DNA of 64,000 bases from Gemmatimonadota bacterium (lineage in GTDB: Bacteria > Gemmatimonadota > Gemmatimonadetes > Palauibacterales > Palauibacteraceae): assembly GCA_965116475.1 (NCBI GenBank), contig OZ220691.1, positions 2,464,001 to 2,528,000 on the forward strand. Reading direction: 5' to 3'. The translations under genes and the position numbers were made by a program. Position 1 is the first letter of the stretch. Every line of letters starts with the position of its first letter. Shown in pieces: positions 34,029 through 47,140 of the stretch. The notes below the pieces were generated by a model. It did no database searches, was not told where the DNA came from, and worked only from the letters and a program-made list of their open reading frames with translations.

Positions 34029-35480
34029 ATGTCCCAGCGTCGCGACCCTTCCCGCTCCGCAGCCGCGGCGCCCCCGGCGATGCCGCGGGAGAGTTGGCTG
34101 CTCCTCGCCGTGATCGCCGTGCTGGGTGTCGGCCTGGCCGCGGGCGCGACGCCGCTGGCCGCGCAGGGGCTCGAGGGCGTCGGCGGCGAGATCGACGAAC
34201 CGTTCTTCTCCCGCCTGGCGCGGGGCCTGCTCGGGATCGCCTTCCTGCTCACAACGGTGTGGCTCTGCTCCGCGCACCGGAAGTCGATTTCATGGCCGCT
34301 CGTGGCGAAGGGGCTCGGGCTTCAGATCGCCTTCGCGCTCCTCGTCCTCAAGACGGGGGTCGGTCACACCTTCTTCAGCGCCGTCAACGACGTTTTCGTC
34401 GCGCTCATCGGATACACGAACGCCGGGTCGCGCTTTGTGTTCGGGTCGCTCGTGGACTACGGGACTCCGGTCGAAGGGGGCGCGGGCGGGGTGGTGAACA
34501 TCGGCGCGAACTTCGCCTTCAGCGTCCTGCCCACGATCATCTTCTTCTCCTCTCTCATGGCTCTCGCCTACCACCTGAGGATCATGCAGCGCGTCGTGAG
34601 GGGCGTCGCGTGGGCGATGCAGCGCACGCTCGGGACGAGCGGCGCGGAGACGACCTCGGCCGCCGGCAACATCTTCGTCGGCCAGACGGAGGCGCCGCTC
34701 CTCATCCGACCCTTCGTGGACCGGATGACGATGTCCGAACTCAACACCGTGATGACGGGCGGCTTCGCGACCGTGGCCGGCGGCGCGCTGGCGGCGTACG
34801 TCGCGATCCTCGTGGGGGTGTTCCCGGGGATCGCCGGGCACCTCCTCGCGGCGAGCATCATGGCGGCGCCGGCGGGGATCGTCGTGAGCAAGATGCTGAT
34901 GCCCGAGACGGAAGAGCCCGAGACGCGCGGCACGCTGGACATCGACCCGCCCCAGACGCACGCCAACGTGATCGACGCGGCGGCCGGAGGGGCCGGGGAC
35001 GGGTTGAAGCTGGCCTTGAACGTGGGGGCCATGCTCCTCGCCTTCCTCGCCATCATCGCCTTGGGGAACGGCATCATCGGCTGGGTGACCGGGCTGTTCG
35101 GCGTCGAGGGGATCACGCTTGAGCGGCTCTTCGGCTGGGTCTTCGCGCCCGTGGCCTGGCTCATCGGCGTGCCGTGGGCGGACGCGGTCGAGGTCGGAAC
35201 GCTGTTCGGCGTGAAGATGGTCGCGAACGAGTTCCTCGCCTTCACGAACCTCGGGGCCGGGCTCGGCGGCGACCTGCAGCTCTCGAACAAGTCGCTCATC
35301 ATGTGCACCTACGCGCTGACGGGATTCGCGAACTTCAGCTCGATCGCGATCCAGATCGGGGGCATCGGCGGCATCGCCCCCGGCCGCCGCGAGGACCTGT
35401 CGAAGCTCGGCCTGCGCGCGATGCTCGGGGGGACGGTTGCCACGTGGATGACGGCGACGCTGGCCGGAGTCCTCGCGTGA
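34029..35480 (+). CDS. nupC: Concentrative nucleoside transporter (CNT, NupC/NupX family)
   Basis: [56 protein letters not shown]; start could be 34080. Confidence 0.93.
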   Translation: MSQRRDPSRSAAAAPPAMPRESWLLLAVIAVLGVGLAAGATPLAAQGLEGVGGEIDEPFFSRLARGLLGIAFLLTTVWLCSAHRKSISWPLVAKGLGLQIAFALLVLKTGVGHTFFSAVNDVFVALIGYTNAGSRFVFGSLVDYGTPVEGGAGGVVNIGANFAFSVLPTIIFFSSLMALAYHLRIMQRVVRGVAWAMQRTLGTSGAETTSAAGNIFVGQTEAPLLIRPFVDRMTMSELNTVMTGGFATVAGGALAAYVAILVGVFPGIAGHLLAASIMAAPAGIVVSKMLMPETEEPETRGTLDIDPPQTHANVIDAAAGGAGDGLKLALNVGAMLLAFLAIIALGNGIIGWVTGLFGVEGITLERLFGWVFAPVAWLIGVPWADAVEVGTLFGVKMVANEFLAFTNLGAGLGGDLQLSNKSLIMCTYALTGFANFSSIAIQIGGIGGIAPGRREDLSKLGLRAMLGGTVATWMTATLAGVLA

Positions 35481-36322
35481 CCCCGGCCGCCGACATCCAG
35501 ATCGGCGTCGAAGCGGCGGCCGCGGCGCTACGGGCCCGCACCGGAGAGCGGCTGGGCGCCGCCGCCCCGGACGTCGCGATCACGATGGGTTCGGGACTCG
35601 GCGGCCTCGGCGAAGAGATCGAGGATCCGGTGCGGGTGCCCTACGAGGATCTCCCCGGCTGGCCCCGTCCCACGGTCATCGGCCACGCCGGCCACGCCCT
35701 GATCGGAACGCTCGGGGGCCGACCCGTGCTGGGCCTGAGCGGACGCGTGCACCTCTACGAGGGCGGCCCGCCGGAGCGCGTCATCTTCTACGTGCGCGTC
35801 GCGGCGGCGCTGGGCATTCCCGTTCTCTTCCTCTCGAACGCGGCCGGAGCGATCCGGGAGGGATGGCACCCCGGCGAACTCATGCTGATCTCCGACCACC
35901 TCAACCTGACCGGCACGAGCCCGCTCATCGGCCCGGTCGCAGGGGCGGAGCGTCGCTTCCCCGACCTGACCTTCGCCCACGACCCCGAGTTACGGGCGAT
36001 CGTGCGCGAGACTGCCGCCGAGCTGGGCCACACACTCCACGAGGGCGTCTACGCGGCGATGCACGGCCCCGCCTTCGAGACCCCGGCCGAGATCCGCATG
36101 CTGCGGACGCTGGGCGCCGACGCCGTCGGCATGTCCACCGTGCCGGAAGTCATCGCGGCGCGCGCCCTCGGCATCCGCTGCGTCGCCGTCTCCTGCCTCA
36201 CGAACTACGCCGCCGGGGTCCTCGACGAGCCGCTGAATCACGAGGAAGTGCTGGAGACGACGAAGCTCGCCCAGGCCGGTTTCCAGCGCCTCGTCGCCGA
36301 GTCCATCCGCCGGTTCCCGTAG
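35477..36322 (+). CDS. punA: Purine-nucleoside phosphorylase (trimeric PNP type)
   Basis: GSGLGG, GHAG, GRVHLYEG, NAAG, GPAFETPAE, GADAVGMSTVPEV, LNHEEV. Confidence 0.93.
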   Translation: MTPAADIQIGVEAAAAALRARTGERLGAAAPDVAITMGSGLGGLGEEIEDPVRVPYEDLPGWPRPTVIGHAGHALIGTLGGRPVLGLSGRVHLYEGGPPERVIFYVRVAAALGIPVLFLSNAAGAIREGWHPGELMLISDHLNLTGTSPLIGPVAGAERRFPDLTFAHDPELRAIVRETAAELGHTLHEGVYAAMHGPAFETPAEIRMLRTLGADAVGMSTVPEVIAARALGIRCVAVSCLTNYAAGVLDEPLNHEEVLETTKLAQAGFQRLVAESIRRFP

Positions 36323-36339
36323 CAGGTGAGCGTCGGCAC

Positions 36340-37494
36340 ATGACCCTGCGATCCTGGACCGTGATATCGCTGTTTACCGCGGTGATCGCCGGCTGTGACC
36401 GGCCGGAACCCACGGCGTGCGAGGTGTCGGACACCGACGGTCGCGTTGTTCGCAACACGAGCGCCGGGGTCTGGCGCACGGATCTCTCCTGGCGCGAGGT
36501 GTGGCGAGCCGGAGGCGCCGAGGAGGCGGAGGAGCTGGTCTTTCCGGCGGACGTCGCCGTCGGCCCCGACGGGTCCGTGGCCATCGCGGACTGGGGTCTC
36601 GCCGAAGTCATCCTGCTCGACCCCGATGGAGCGTGGCAGGGGCCGGTCATGACACGCGGCGAAGGCCCCGGAGAGGTCCAGGCGCCGGCCGCGCTGACCT
36701 GGATCGATGCCGACACGCTCCTCGTCCTGGACTTCGGGGCGTTTCGGCTGACCACGCTGGATCTCGCTTCTCGCTCGGCCACCGTCACGGCGGTCGATCC
36801 GGCGTTCATGTCACCTGTATTCGCATCCGGCGAGGTCACGTTCGTGGCGCTCCAACCGGACCGCACGGTGTGGCTGGAGTTCCCCGGCCCCGTCGAGGAC
36901 GGCTGGGAGGAGCGCTCCTTCGTCCGCTGGTCTCCCGAAAACCCTGTGAACGATACCGTGGCGCGGTCCCGTACCAGGCTGTTGGAGCGCACGGCGTTGC
37001 CCGCATGGCCGCGATCGCTGGTGGGTGTCGGCGCGGAGATCCGGGTCGTCTCTGCCCCGGGCGGACGTTACGAACTGACGGTACTGGACCGGGATGGCGC
37101 GACGCTGGTTCGGTTCTGCCATCCCGGGGAGGCGCTGCCGCTCTCGCCCGCCGAGCGTGGCGAGGATCCGGATGAGGGGATGCCCGACGCGTGGCGGGCC
37201 GCCCTCCGCGAACTCGGCGATCCGCCGGAAGCGGCGATCATCTCCCGGATCGTGGTGGACGCGGACGACCGGATCTGGGTGCAGCGGGACCGCCCCCTCC
37301 CCGGTGCAGCCGGCCCGCACGGGGCTCCGGGAGCCCTGCACGACGTATTCCTCCCGTCAGGGCGTTTCCTCGGCTCGATCCGCCTTCCGGCCGGTCACCG
37401 ACTCCTGGAGGCGCGAGGCCGCAGAGTATGGAGCCTCCACACCGGCAGCCTCGACGAATCCTCCATCGTAGCCCTCGAAATCGAGGGTTTCTGA
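36340..37494 (+). CDS. Putative lipoprotein, 6-bladed beta-propeller (NHL-like)
   Basis: Lipobox IAG|C, DVAVGPDGSVAIAD, RGEGPGE, VDADDRIWV, DVFLPSGRFLG. Confidence 0.75.
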   Translation: MTLRSWTVISLFTAVIAGCDRPEPTACEVSDTDGRVVRNTSAGVWRTDLSWREVWRAGGAEEAEELVFPADVAVGPDGSVAIADWGLAEVILLDPDGAWQGPVMTRGEGPGEVQAPAALTWIDADTLLVLDFGAFRLTTLDLASRSATVTAVDPAFMSPVFASGEVTFVALQPDRTVWLEFPGPVEDGWEERSFVRWSPENPVNDTVARSRTRLLERTALPAWPRSLVGVGAEIRVVSAPGGRYELTVLDRDGATLVRFCHPGEALPLSPAERGEDPDEGMPDAWRAALRELGDPPEAAIISRIVVDADDRIWVQRDRPLPGAAGPHGAPGALHDVFLPSGRFLGSIRLPAGHRLLEARGRRVWSLHTGSLDESSIVALEIEGF

Positions 37495-37520
37495 GTTCCC
37501 GACCGCTTGGTGCGCTGCGG

Positions 37521-39677
<2,157 letters not shown>

Positions 39678-39856
39678 TCAGGGTGTCCGGGCAACAGCTT
39701 CGGCCCGGAGGCGGCCGAGCGTCAAGAAAACCATCGGCGTCTCGTCCCGGACCGCACCGTCCTCCAGGCGAAATGTACATTCGCCTGAGCCCGGCGTCCG
39801 CACGATATTCTACCGATGGACGTCATCCAGCGATCATCGGAACCCGCGGACGAATC

Positions 39857-40909
39857 ATGACGAGAGCGGCGAAACGCGGCGGCACGCCCGAAGAGGCGGC
39901 TTCGTCGTCCCGTCGAATCTTCGCCGGGACGGATGCCGCGGATGCCGATGTCGTTCCCATGCGGGGCCGCAATGCCGGAACGCCGCTCGACCTCGATCTG
40001 ATCCGGGGGCAGGCCGCGAACCGCAGCGCGATCGAGCGCCGGGCCGCCACGCTGGGGAAGCGCCGCAGCATCAAGAAGGAGTGGCAGACCGCCTGGCTCC
40101 TCCGTGCCGTGACGATGATCGACCTCACGACCCTCGCCGGCGACGACACCCCGGGCCGGGTGGCCCGCCTCGCCGCCAAGGCCCGTCAGCCCGTGCGTCC
40201 CGACCTCCTCCGCGCGCTGGGGGTCGAAGATCTCGGCCTGCGCGTGGCCTCCGTCTGTGTGTACCCGACGATGGTTCCGGCCGCCGTCGAAGCGCTCGCC
40301 GGCGACGACATCCCGGTGTGCGCGGTCGCCGCCGGCTTCCCCGCCGGGCTCACGCCGTTCGCGCAACGGGTCGAGGAGATCCACGAAGCGGTCGAGGCCG
40401 GGGCGCGAGAGATCGACATCGTCATCACCCGCCGCCACGCCCTCACCGGCGACTGGGAGGCGCTGTACGACGAGGTCCGCGCCTTTCGCGAGGCGTGCGG
40501 CGAGGCCCACCTGAAGACGATCATGGCCACGGGCGAACTCGGGAGTCTGCGCAACGTCGCCCGCGCGAGCTGGACCTGCATGATGGCCGGCGCCGACTTC
40601 ATCAAGACTTCGACCGGCAAGGAGAAGGTCAACGCCACGCTCCCGGTGGGACTCGTGATGGCGCGTGCGATCCGCGCTTACCGGCAACTCTCCGGCTTCC
40701 ACGTGGGCCTGAAGCCGGCCGGCGGAGTGGGGAAGGCGAAGCAGGCGCTGGAGTGGCTCATTCTCGTGAAGGAAGAACTGGGCGGGGCATGGCTCGACCG
40801 GTTGCTGTTCCGCTTCGGCGCCAGTTCGCTGCTCGCGGACATCGAACGCCAGTTGGAGCACCGGGCGACGGGGCGGTATTCCGCGTACCACCGGCACCCG
40901 TTGGGATGA
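39857..40909 (+). CDS. deoC: Deoxyribose-phosphate aldolase (long form)
   Basis: IDLTTL.GDDT, CVYP, GFPAG, GAREIDIVI, GADFIKTSTGK, KPAGG, FRFGASSLL; start uncertain (39857 or 39959). Confidence 0.93.
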   Translation: MTRAAKRGGTPEEAASSSRRIFAGTDAADADVVPMRGRNAGTPLDLDLIRGQAANRSAIERRAATLGKRRSIKKEWQTAWLLRAVTMIDLTTLAGDDTPGRVARLAAKARQPVRPDLLRALGVEDLGLRVASVCVYPTMVPAAVEALAGDDIPVCAVAAGFPAGLTPFAQRVEEIHEAVEAGAREIDIVITRRHALTGDWEALYDEVRAFREACGEAHLKTIMATGELGSLRNVARASWTCMMAGADFIKTSTGKEKVNATLPVGLVMARAIRAYRQLSGFHVGLKPAGGVGKAKQALEWLILVKEELGGAWLDRLLFRFGASSLLADIERQLEHRATGRYSAYHRHPLG

Positions 40910-40943
40910 GGGTCGGGTTGAGGTTGAGAGGGGGTTGAGGGAG

Positions 40944-43349
40944 ATGCCGAAGATCGCGGAACTGTTCGAGACGATGGAGTACGGTCCGGCCCCGGAGGCC
41001 GCGGACGAGGCGCGGGCCTGGATCGCCGGACGGGGTCCCCGTTTCGGGCACTACATCGGCGGCGCCTGGTGCGAACCGGCGGACGGCGAGTTCTTCGCGA
41101 CCCTCGACCCGAGCAACGAAGCGCAACTGGGCGAAATCGCGCAGGGCGTCCTCGCCGATGTGGACCGCGCGGTGTCGGCGGCGCGGGCGGCACAACCTGC
41201 CTGGCGCGACCTCGGGGGACACGGCCGGGCGCGCTACCTGTACGCGATCGCCCGCCACCTGCAGAAGCACTCCCGACTCTTCGCGACGCTGGAGACGCTC
41301 GACAACGGCAAGCCCATCCGCGAATCGCGCGACATCGATATTCCGCTCGTCGCGCGGCACTTCTATCACCACGCGGGCTGGGCCCAGCTCATGGACACCG
41401 AACTCGCGGACTGCGAGCCGCTCGGGGTCGCGGGCCAGATCATCCCCTGGAACTTCCCGCTGCTCATGTTGGCGTGGAAGATTGCGCCCGCCCTCGCGAC
41501 CGGGAACACCGTCGTCCTCAAGCCCGCCGAGTTCACGTCGCTGACCGCGCTCCGGTTCGCGGAACTCTGCCGCGAGATCGACCTGCCGCCGGGCGTCGTG
41601 AACATCGTGACCGGCGACGGCCACACCGGGGCCGCGATCGTCGAACATCCGGACGTCGACAAGATCGCCTTCACGGGCTCGACGGAGGTCGGCCGCATCA
41701 TCCGCGAAGCGACGGCGGGGACCGGCAAGAAGATCTCGCTCGAGCTGGGTGGGAAATCGCCCTTCCTCGTCTTCGACGACGCGGACCTCGACAGCGTCGT
41801 CGAGGGCGTGGTCGATGCGATCTGGTTCAACCAGGGCCAGGTGTGCTGCGCCGGCTCGCGGATCCTCGCGCACGAAGGGATTGCCGACGCGCTCGCCGAC
41901 CGCCTGCGCGCCCGCATGGAGACGCTCCGCATGGGGGCGCCGCTCGACAAGGGCGTCGACATCGGCGCGATCATCGCACCGGTCCAGTTGAAGAAGATCG
42001 AGTCGCTCGTCGAGGAGGGACGCGAGGAGGGCGCCAGGATCTGGCAGCCGTCCTGGAGCGTGCCCCGGGACGGCTGGTTCTACCCGCCGACCCTCTGCAC
42101 CGACGTGTCGCCGGCCGCGCGGCTCGCCCAGGTCGAGATCTTCGGACCCGTCGTGGTTCAGATGACGTTCCGCACCCCCGCCGAGGCGGTCGCGCTCGCG
42201 AACAACACGCGCTACGGCCTCGCGGCGAGCATCTGGACCGAGAACGTGAACCTCGCCCTCGACATCGCCTCGCAGATCAAGGCCGGGACCGTCTGGATCA
42301 ACTGCACGAACGTGTTCGACGCCGCGTCCGGGTTCGGCGGCTACCGTGAGAGCGGATTCGGGCGCGAAGGCGGCCGGGAAGGGCTCCGGGAGTATGTCCG
42401 CCAGCGCCGCGAGCCCGAGGCGCCGGCCCCCTCAAGAGACTCGGAGCCGGCGGGGCGCGACGAGCCGGGATCGATCGGCGAGAACGCCCACGGCTCCGCG
42501 CCGCTGCCCCCGATCGACCGAACGGCGAAGCTCTATATCGGCGGCCGGCAGGCGCGGCCCGACGGTGGCTACAGTCTCGAAGTTCCGGATTACCGGGGCC
42601 GCGCGGCGGGGGAAGTGGCCCGCGGCAACCGGAAGGACGCGCGCAACGCCGTGGAGGCGGCGCTCGCCACGGAATGGGCGCGCACGACGGCCCACCTGCG
42701 GGCGCAGATCCTCTACTACGCGGGCGAGAATCTCGATGCCCGCCGGGGCGCCTTCGAGGACCGGCTGCGCACCCTCACCGGCTGCGGCGCGGCGGCGGCG
42801 AGCCGCGAAGTGGAGGCGTCCGTGCGGCGCCTCTTTACCTGGGCGGCGTGGGCCGACAAGTGGGACGGGGCCGTCCACCGGACGCCCTTCCGCAACGTGA
42901 CCCTCGCCATGCCCGAACCGCTCGGCGTGATGGCGGTGGTCTGTCCGCCGGAACCTGCGCTCCTCGGGTTCATCTCCAGCGTGTTTCCGAGCGTCGCGCT
43001 CGGGAACGCCGTCGTTGCCGTCGCTTCGGAACGATGGCCGCTCCTCGCCACCGACTTCTACCACGTGCTCGCGGCCTCGGACGTGCCGCCGGGGGTCATC
43101 AACATCCTCACGGGCCTCGAGGAGGAACTGCGGCCCGCCCTCGCCGGCCACGATGCGGTGGACGGGATGTGGTACTTCGGGACGGAAGAAGGGGCCGCCG
43201 ACGTGGAGCGCCGCTCCGCCTCCAATCTGAAGCGGACGTGGACGAACGGCGCTCGGGGGCGGGACTGGTTCGGTCCCGGTGGCGAAGGGCCCGAATTCCT
43301 CCGGCACGCCTCCCAGATCAAGAACATCTGGGTCCCGTACGGGGAATAG
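40944..43349 (+). CDS. Aldehyde dehydrogenase, ALDH16-type with duplicated C-terminal NAD-domain-like extension
   Basis: IIPWNFP, FTGSTEVG, LELGGKSP, FNQGQVCCAG, EIFGPV, then IDRTAKLYIGG..RPD and KNIWVPYGE. Confidence 0.92.
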   Translation: MPKIAELFETMEYGPAPEAADEARAWIAGRGPRFGHYIGGAWCEPADGEFFATLDPSNEAQLGEIAQGVLADVDRAVSAARAAQPAWRDLGGHGRARYLYAIARHLQKHSRLFATLETLDNGKPIRESRDIDIPLVARHFYHHAGWAQLMDTELADCEPLGVAGQIIPWNFPLLMLAWKIAPALATGNTVVLKPAEFTSLTALRFAELCREIDLPPGVVNIVTGDGHTGAAIVEHPDVDKIAFTGSTEVGRIIREATAGTGKKISLELGGKSPFLVFDDADLDSVVEGVVDAIWFNQGQVCCAGSRILAHEGIADALADRLRARMETLRMGAPLDKGVDIGAIIAPVQLKKIESLVEEGREEGARIWQPSWSVPRDGWFYPPTLCTDVSPAARLAQVEIFGPVVVQMTFRTPAEAVALANNTRYGLAASIWTENVNLALDIASQIKAGTVWINCTNVFDAASGFGGYRESGFGREGGREGLREYVRQRREPEAPAPSRDSEPAGRDEPGSIGENAHGSAPLPPIDRTAKLYIGGRQARPDGGYSLEVPDYRGRAAGEVARGNRKDARNAVEAALATEWARTTAHLRAQILYYAGENLDARRGAFEDRLRTLTGCGAAAASREVEASVRRLFTWAAWADKWDGAVHRTPFRNVTLAMPEPLGVMAVVCPPEPALLGFISSVFPSVALGNAVVAVASERWPLLATDFYHVLAASDVPPGVINILTGLEEELRPALAGHDAVDGMWYFGTEEGAADVERRSASNLKRTWTNGARGRDWFGPGGEGPEFLRHASQIKNIWVPYGE

Positions 43350-43370
43350 GTGCCGCAGGGCGAATAACCC

Positions 43371-44189
43371 TCAGCCGGCGGCGCGGCCTCCGGGATCGGC
43401 CCAGTGGTCCAGGGGACCGCGGCCGGAGCCGAGACCCGGCGCCGCCGCGATGGCGGCGTGAGTGAAGGCGAGCCCCCGTTCGATCGCCGGCTCGAGCGCG
43501 AGCCCCGAGGCCAGCCCCGCCGTGATCGCGGCCGAGAGCGTGCAACCGGTGCCATGGGTTTCCGTCGTCCGGATGCGGGGCGTCCGCCACAGGCGCTCCC
43601 GGGTTCCGTCCCCGAACAGGTCAACGACCTCCGCGCCGTCCAGGTGCCCGCCCTTGACGAGTACGGCCCGGGCGCCCCGCGCGACGATGGCGCTCACGGC
43701 CGCGGACATGTCCGCTTCGGTACGCACGGTCCGTCCGGCGAGGATCTCCGCTTCCGGCAGGTTCGGCGTGACGAGGGCGGCGAGCGGCAGAAGTTCCTCG
43801 AGGATGGCGGCGACGGCGGCCGGGTCGAGCAGCCGGTCGCCGCTCGTCGCCACCATCACCGGGTCGACGACAAGCGGCGCTTCGAAGCCGTGCAGACCCG
43901 CGACGACGGCCCGCACGATGTCCGCGTTGGCGAGCATCCCGGTCTTCGCGGCCCCCGGCGGCAGGTCCGCCCGCACCGATTCGATCTGGCGCCGCACGAT
44001 CGGCGGGTCGAGCGCCTGCACCGCCTGGACCCCGAGGGTGTTCTGGGCTGTCACGGCGGTGACGGCGCTCGTTCCGAACACGCCGAATGCGTGGAAGGTC
44101 TTGATGTCGGCCTGGATGCCGGCTCCGCCCCCCGAATCGCTTCCCGCGATCGTGAGGGCCGTGGTCCGCGCTGCTCGCTTCGGGTTCAC
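43371..44189 (-). CDS. thiD: Hydroxymethylpyrimidine/phosphomethylpyrimidine kinase
   Basis: [58 protein letters not shown] 44189 with GGGGAG RBS. Confidence 0.95.
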   Translation of the reverse strand: MNPKRAARTTALTIAGSDSGGGAGIQADIKTFHAFGVFGTSAVTAVTAQNTLGVQAVQALDPPIVRRQIESVRADLPPGAAKTGMLANADIVRAVVAGLHGFEAPLVVDPVMVATSGDRLLDPAAVAAILEELLPLAALVTPNLPEAEILAGRTVRTEADMSAAVSAIVARGARAVLVKGGHLDGAEVVDLFGDGTRERLWRTPRIRTTETHGTGCTLSAAITAGLASGLALEPAIERGLAFTHAAIAAAPGLGSGRGPLDHWADPGGRAAG

Positions 44190-44288
44190 GCTCAACTCCC
44201 CTCGGGTCCGCACAGATCCGCACACGTCAGACGGCTCGCTCCGCGCACCGCGATGACAGCGCGTTGAGCCGCAGCGTAAAATAAGGGC

Positions 44289-45068
44289 ATGCCAACGCGC
44301 GCGGAGATCAAGGCCTGGCGGTCGCTGCACCGCGGAAAGGGACGCAGGGAGACCGGGTGTTTCCTGGCCGAGGGGCGCCGCCTTGCCGGCGAGATGCTCG
44401 ACTGGCCGGGCCGCACGGTGGCCGTGCTGCACACCGGCGCGGCGCAGGACGATCCGGAACTGGAGGCGTTGCTCGCGCGCGCGGTGGCGCGGGGCGTGCG
44501 CACGGAGGCGGTGCCCGCAGCGATCGTACGGACGCTGGCGGATGCCGCCACGCCCCAGCCCGTCCTCGCGATCGGCGAGATGCCGGCGTACGGCTGGGAC
44601 GATGTGGACGATGTGGACGTCGGCGCGATCGTGCTGCTCGACGGCGTGCAGGATCCGGGCAACGTCGGCACCCTCGTGCGCACCGCGCTCGCGCTCGGGG
44701 CCGCCGCCGTGGTCGGCGTCGGCGAGACCGCCGATCCGTGGGGGCCGAAGGCGCTGCGCGCCTCGGCGGGCGCGTTGCTCCGCGGCCCCGTGTTCCGCAC
44801 GGAGACCCGGGATGCCGTGGAGCGGCTCGCCCGGCGGGGAATCCCCATCTGGGTCGCCGCGGCCGATGCCCCGCCGCTCCCGGGCCCGCCTCCCGGACCG
44901 GTTGCCCTCGCGCTGGGGAGCGAGGCCCACGGCGTCTCCGCCTCGCTCCGCTCCGCCGCCGCCCGCGCCGTCTCCGTGCCGCTCGCCCGCGGCGTGGAGT
45001 CGCTGAACGTGGCATCGGCGGGCGCCATCCTGCTCGACCGGATGCGGGCGGGCCGCCCGCTTGGCTGA
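44289..45068 (+). CDS. TrmH/SpoU-family RNA 2'-O-methyltransferase
   Basis: [39 protein letters not shown]. Confidence 0.92.
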   Translation: MPTRAEIKAWRSLHRGKGRRETGCFLAEGRRLAGEMLDWPGRTVAVLHTGAAQDDPELEALLARAVARGVRTEAVPAAIVRTLADAATPQPVLAIGEMPAYGWDDVDDVDVGAIVLLDGVQDPGNVGTLVRTALALGAAAVVGVGETADPWGPKALRASAGALLRGPVFRTETRDAVERLARRGIPIWVAAADAPPLPGPPPGPVALALGSEAHGVSASLRSAAARAVSVPLARGVESLNVASAGAILLDRMRAGRPLG

Positions 45069-45861
45069 CCCCGCGATCATCGCGGCGGCCGCGCTGCTCG
45101 GCGCGGCGGTGGGCTCCTTCCTCAACGTGTGCGTCACGCGGATGCCCACCGGAGACAGCGTCCTCCGCCCGCGCAGCCGCTGCCCGGCGTGCGGCGCGAC
45201 CATCCGCTGGCGCGACAACCTCCCCGTGCTCGCCTGGATCTTCCTGCGGGCGCGGTGCCGCGACTGCGGCGGCAGCATCTCCGTGCGCTACCCTGCGATC
45301 GAACTGGCAACGGCCGTCGCCTGGGGCGGCATGGCCTGGCTGTACGGCACATCGGTCGCCGCCCTCACCGGTGCAATCCTGTTCAGCCTCCTCCTCGGGA
45401 TCGCCGTCATCGACGCGCGCCACTACATCATCCCCGACGCCCTCTCGCTCGGCGGGTGCGCCGCGGGCCTCGTCCTCTCGGCGCTCCCGGGAGCGACCCG
45501 GCCGCTCGCGGCGGTCGCGGGCGCGGTACTCGGGTTCGGACTTCTCTACGTGGTCGGGTGGCTGGGCGAGAAGGCGCTCCGGAAGCCGGCGCTCGGCGGC
45601 GGCGACGTGAAGATGATGGCGATGGTCGGTGCCTTCCTCGGCCCCGGCGGCGCCCTTCTCACGATCTTCCTGGGGGCGCTCGCCGGGTCCCTCGTCTACG
45701 GTCCCGTCTCAATCCGGACGGGAAAGCCCGTGCCCTTCGGCACCTTCCTCGCGCTCGGCGCGACCGCCGCATTCCTGTTCGGGGACACGCTGTTCGAATG
45801 GTATCTGCGGGCGGCGGCCGTCCTGCCGTCGGCGCCGACGCAGGGTTTCGCCGCTGCCTGA
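45061..45861 (+). CDS. pilD: Prepilin peptidase/N-methyltransferase
   Basis: GSFLNV, RSRCPAC, RCRDC, ISVRYP, ID...IIPD, GGGDVKM, PFGTFLA. Confidence 0.93.
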   Translation: MADPAIIAAAALLGAAVGSFLNVCVTRMPTGDSVLRPRSRCPACGATIRWRDNLPVLAWIFLRARCRDCGGSISVRYPAIELATAVAWGGMAWLYGTSVAALTGAILFSLLLGIAVIDARHYIIPDALSLGGCAAGLVLSALPGATRPLAAVAGAVLGFGLLYVVGWLGEKALRKPALGGGDVKMMAMVGAFLGPGGALLTIFLGALAGSLVYGPVSIRTGKPVPFGTFLALGATAAFLFGDTLFEWYLRAAAVLPSAPTQGFAAA

Positions 45862-45899
45862 AGCCCCGCGTCAGCGCCGAGAGTGGGTTCGTCCAGGTT

Positions 45900-46910
45900 C
45901 TACCAGCTACGGCTGTGCTCGATCAGCTCCGCAACGATGTCGTCCGCGGTCTTGCCTTCGGCCTCCGCCTCGAATCCGGGAACCACGCGGTGCCGGAGCA
46001 CGGCGGGCGCCACCGCCCGTACGTCGTCGAGATTGGGGGCGGGACGACCATCGAGCGCCGCTCGCGCCTTCGCCGCCAGCACCGTGTGCTGCGACGCCCG
46101 CGGTCCGGCGCCCCAGCTCACCATGCGACGCACGAATTCCGGTGAGGAGGCCTCGCGCGGCCGGGTGGCCCGCGCCAGCCGCACCGCGTAGCCGACCACT
46201 GATTCCGAGGCCGGCACGCGCTGCACGAGCGCCTGGTATTCGAGCAGCTGGCCCGCGGTCACGACAGGGTTCACCTGGGCGGGCGGGCCGCTCGCCGCCA
46301 TGTCCGCGATGACCGACTCCTCCTCCGCCGTCGGGTATCCGATCCGAAGCTCGAACATGAAGCGGTCGAGCTGGGCCTCGGGCAGGGGATACGTCCCTTC
46401 CTGTTCGATCGGGTTCTGCGTCGCGAGGACGAAGAACGGGCGGCCGAGCGGGAATGTCTCGCTGCCCACCGTGACCTCCCCCTCCTGCATGGCTTGCAGC
46501 AGGGCTGCCTGCGTCTTGGGCGGCGTCCGGTTGATCTCGTCCGCGAGGATCACATCCGCGAAAATCGGCCCCCGCACGAAGGCGAAACGGCGTTCTCCGG
46601 TGCGCTGGTCGTCCTGGAGCACCTCCGTCCCCGTGATGTCAGAGGGCATCAGGTCCGGCGTGAACTGGATCCGGCTGAATTCCAGGTGCAGGGCTTCGGC
46701 GAGCGTCGAAACCAGCAGCGTCTTGGCCAGGCCGGGGACCCCGACCAGCAGCGCGTGTCCATCGGCGAGCAGCGTGATCAGCAGCTTCTCGACGATCTCC
46801 CGCTGCCCGATGATCCGCTTCCCGATTTCCTCCTCGATCCGGCGCCGGGCGTGGCCCAACTCCTCGAGCAGCCGAACGTCATCCGTTTCGACTTTTCGAC
46901 CGGCTTCCAA
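45900..46910 (-). CDS. MoxR-family AAA+ ATPase
   Basis: GVPGLAKT, RIQFTPDLMPSDITG, LADEINR, ATQNPIEQEGTYPLPEAQLDRF. Confidence 0.95.
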   Translation of the reverse strand: MEAGRKVETDDVRLLEELGHARRRIEEEIGKRIIGQREIVEKLLITLLADGHALLVGVPGLAKTLLVSTLAEALHLEFSRIQFTPDLMPSDITGTEVLQDDQRTGERRFAFVRGPIFADVILADEINRTPPKTQAALLQAMQEGEVTVGSETFPLGRPFFVLATQNPIEQEGTYPLPEAQLDRFMFELRIGYPTAEEESVIADMAASGPPAQVNPVVTAGQLLEYQALVQRVPASESVVGYAVRLARATRPREASSPEFVRRMVSWGAGPRASQHTVLAAKARAALDGRPAPNLDDVRAVAPAVLRHRVVPGFEAEAEGKTADDIVAELIEHSRSW

Positions 46911-47052
46911 GACTCAATCGGCTCCAGGCGTGAGGGGGGCGCGGGGATGCGAGACCCGGGCGTCGGCGAGGCCATTTCGGAGTTGACCAGAGGCCTTCAA
47001 TATGGTGGCAGGAACCTAGGCCTTCAGCGCCCAGCGTCAAGCGAAACCGGCA

Positions 47053-47103
47053 TTGCGAAATTTTTCACAAGCGGTCAGATTGGGCTTGGGAAATTTTTCA
47101 CAA
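47053..47103. promoter_or_regulatory. Two tandem Rex-type operator sites
   Basis: TTGCGAA-ATTT-TTCACAA (47053-47070) and TTGGGAA-ATTT-TTCACAA (47086-47103); each has one mismatch to TTGTGAA-N4-TTCACAA. Confidence 0.72.
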
Positions 47104-47140
47104 GCGGTCGGCGCGGGCTCCCGGACGGAGAGGTCTTCCC

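Noticed and set aside
44190..44288. TPP riboswitch upstream of thiD
   Set aside because: Lacks the CUGAGA and CCUGAU...AGGGA core motifs
47057..47109. 20-bp direct repeat as a mini-CRISPR
   Set aside because: Only two copies with a 13-nt gap, no cas genes; better explained as duplicated Rex-type operators
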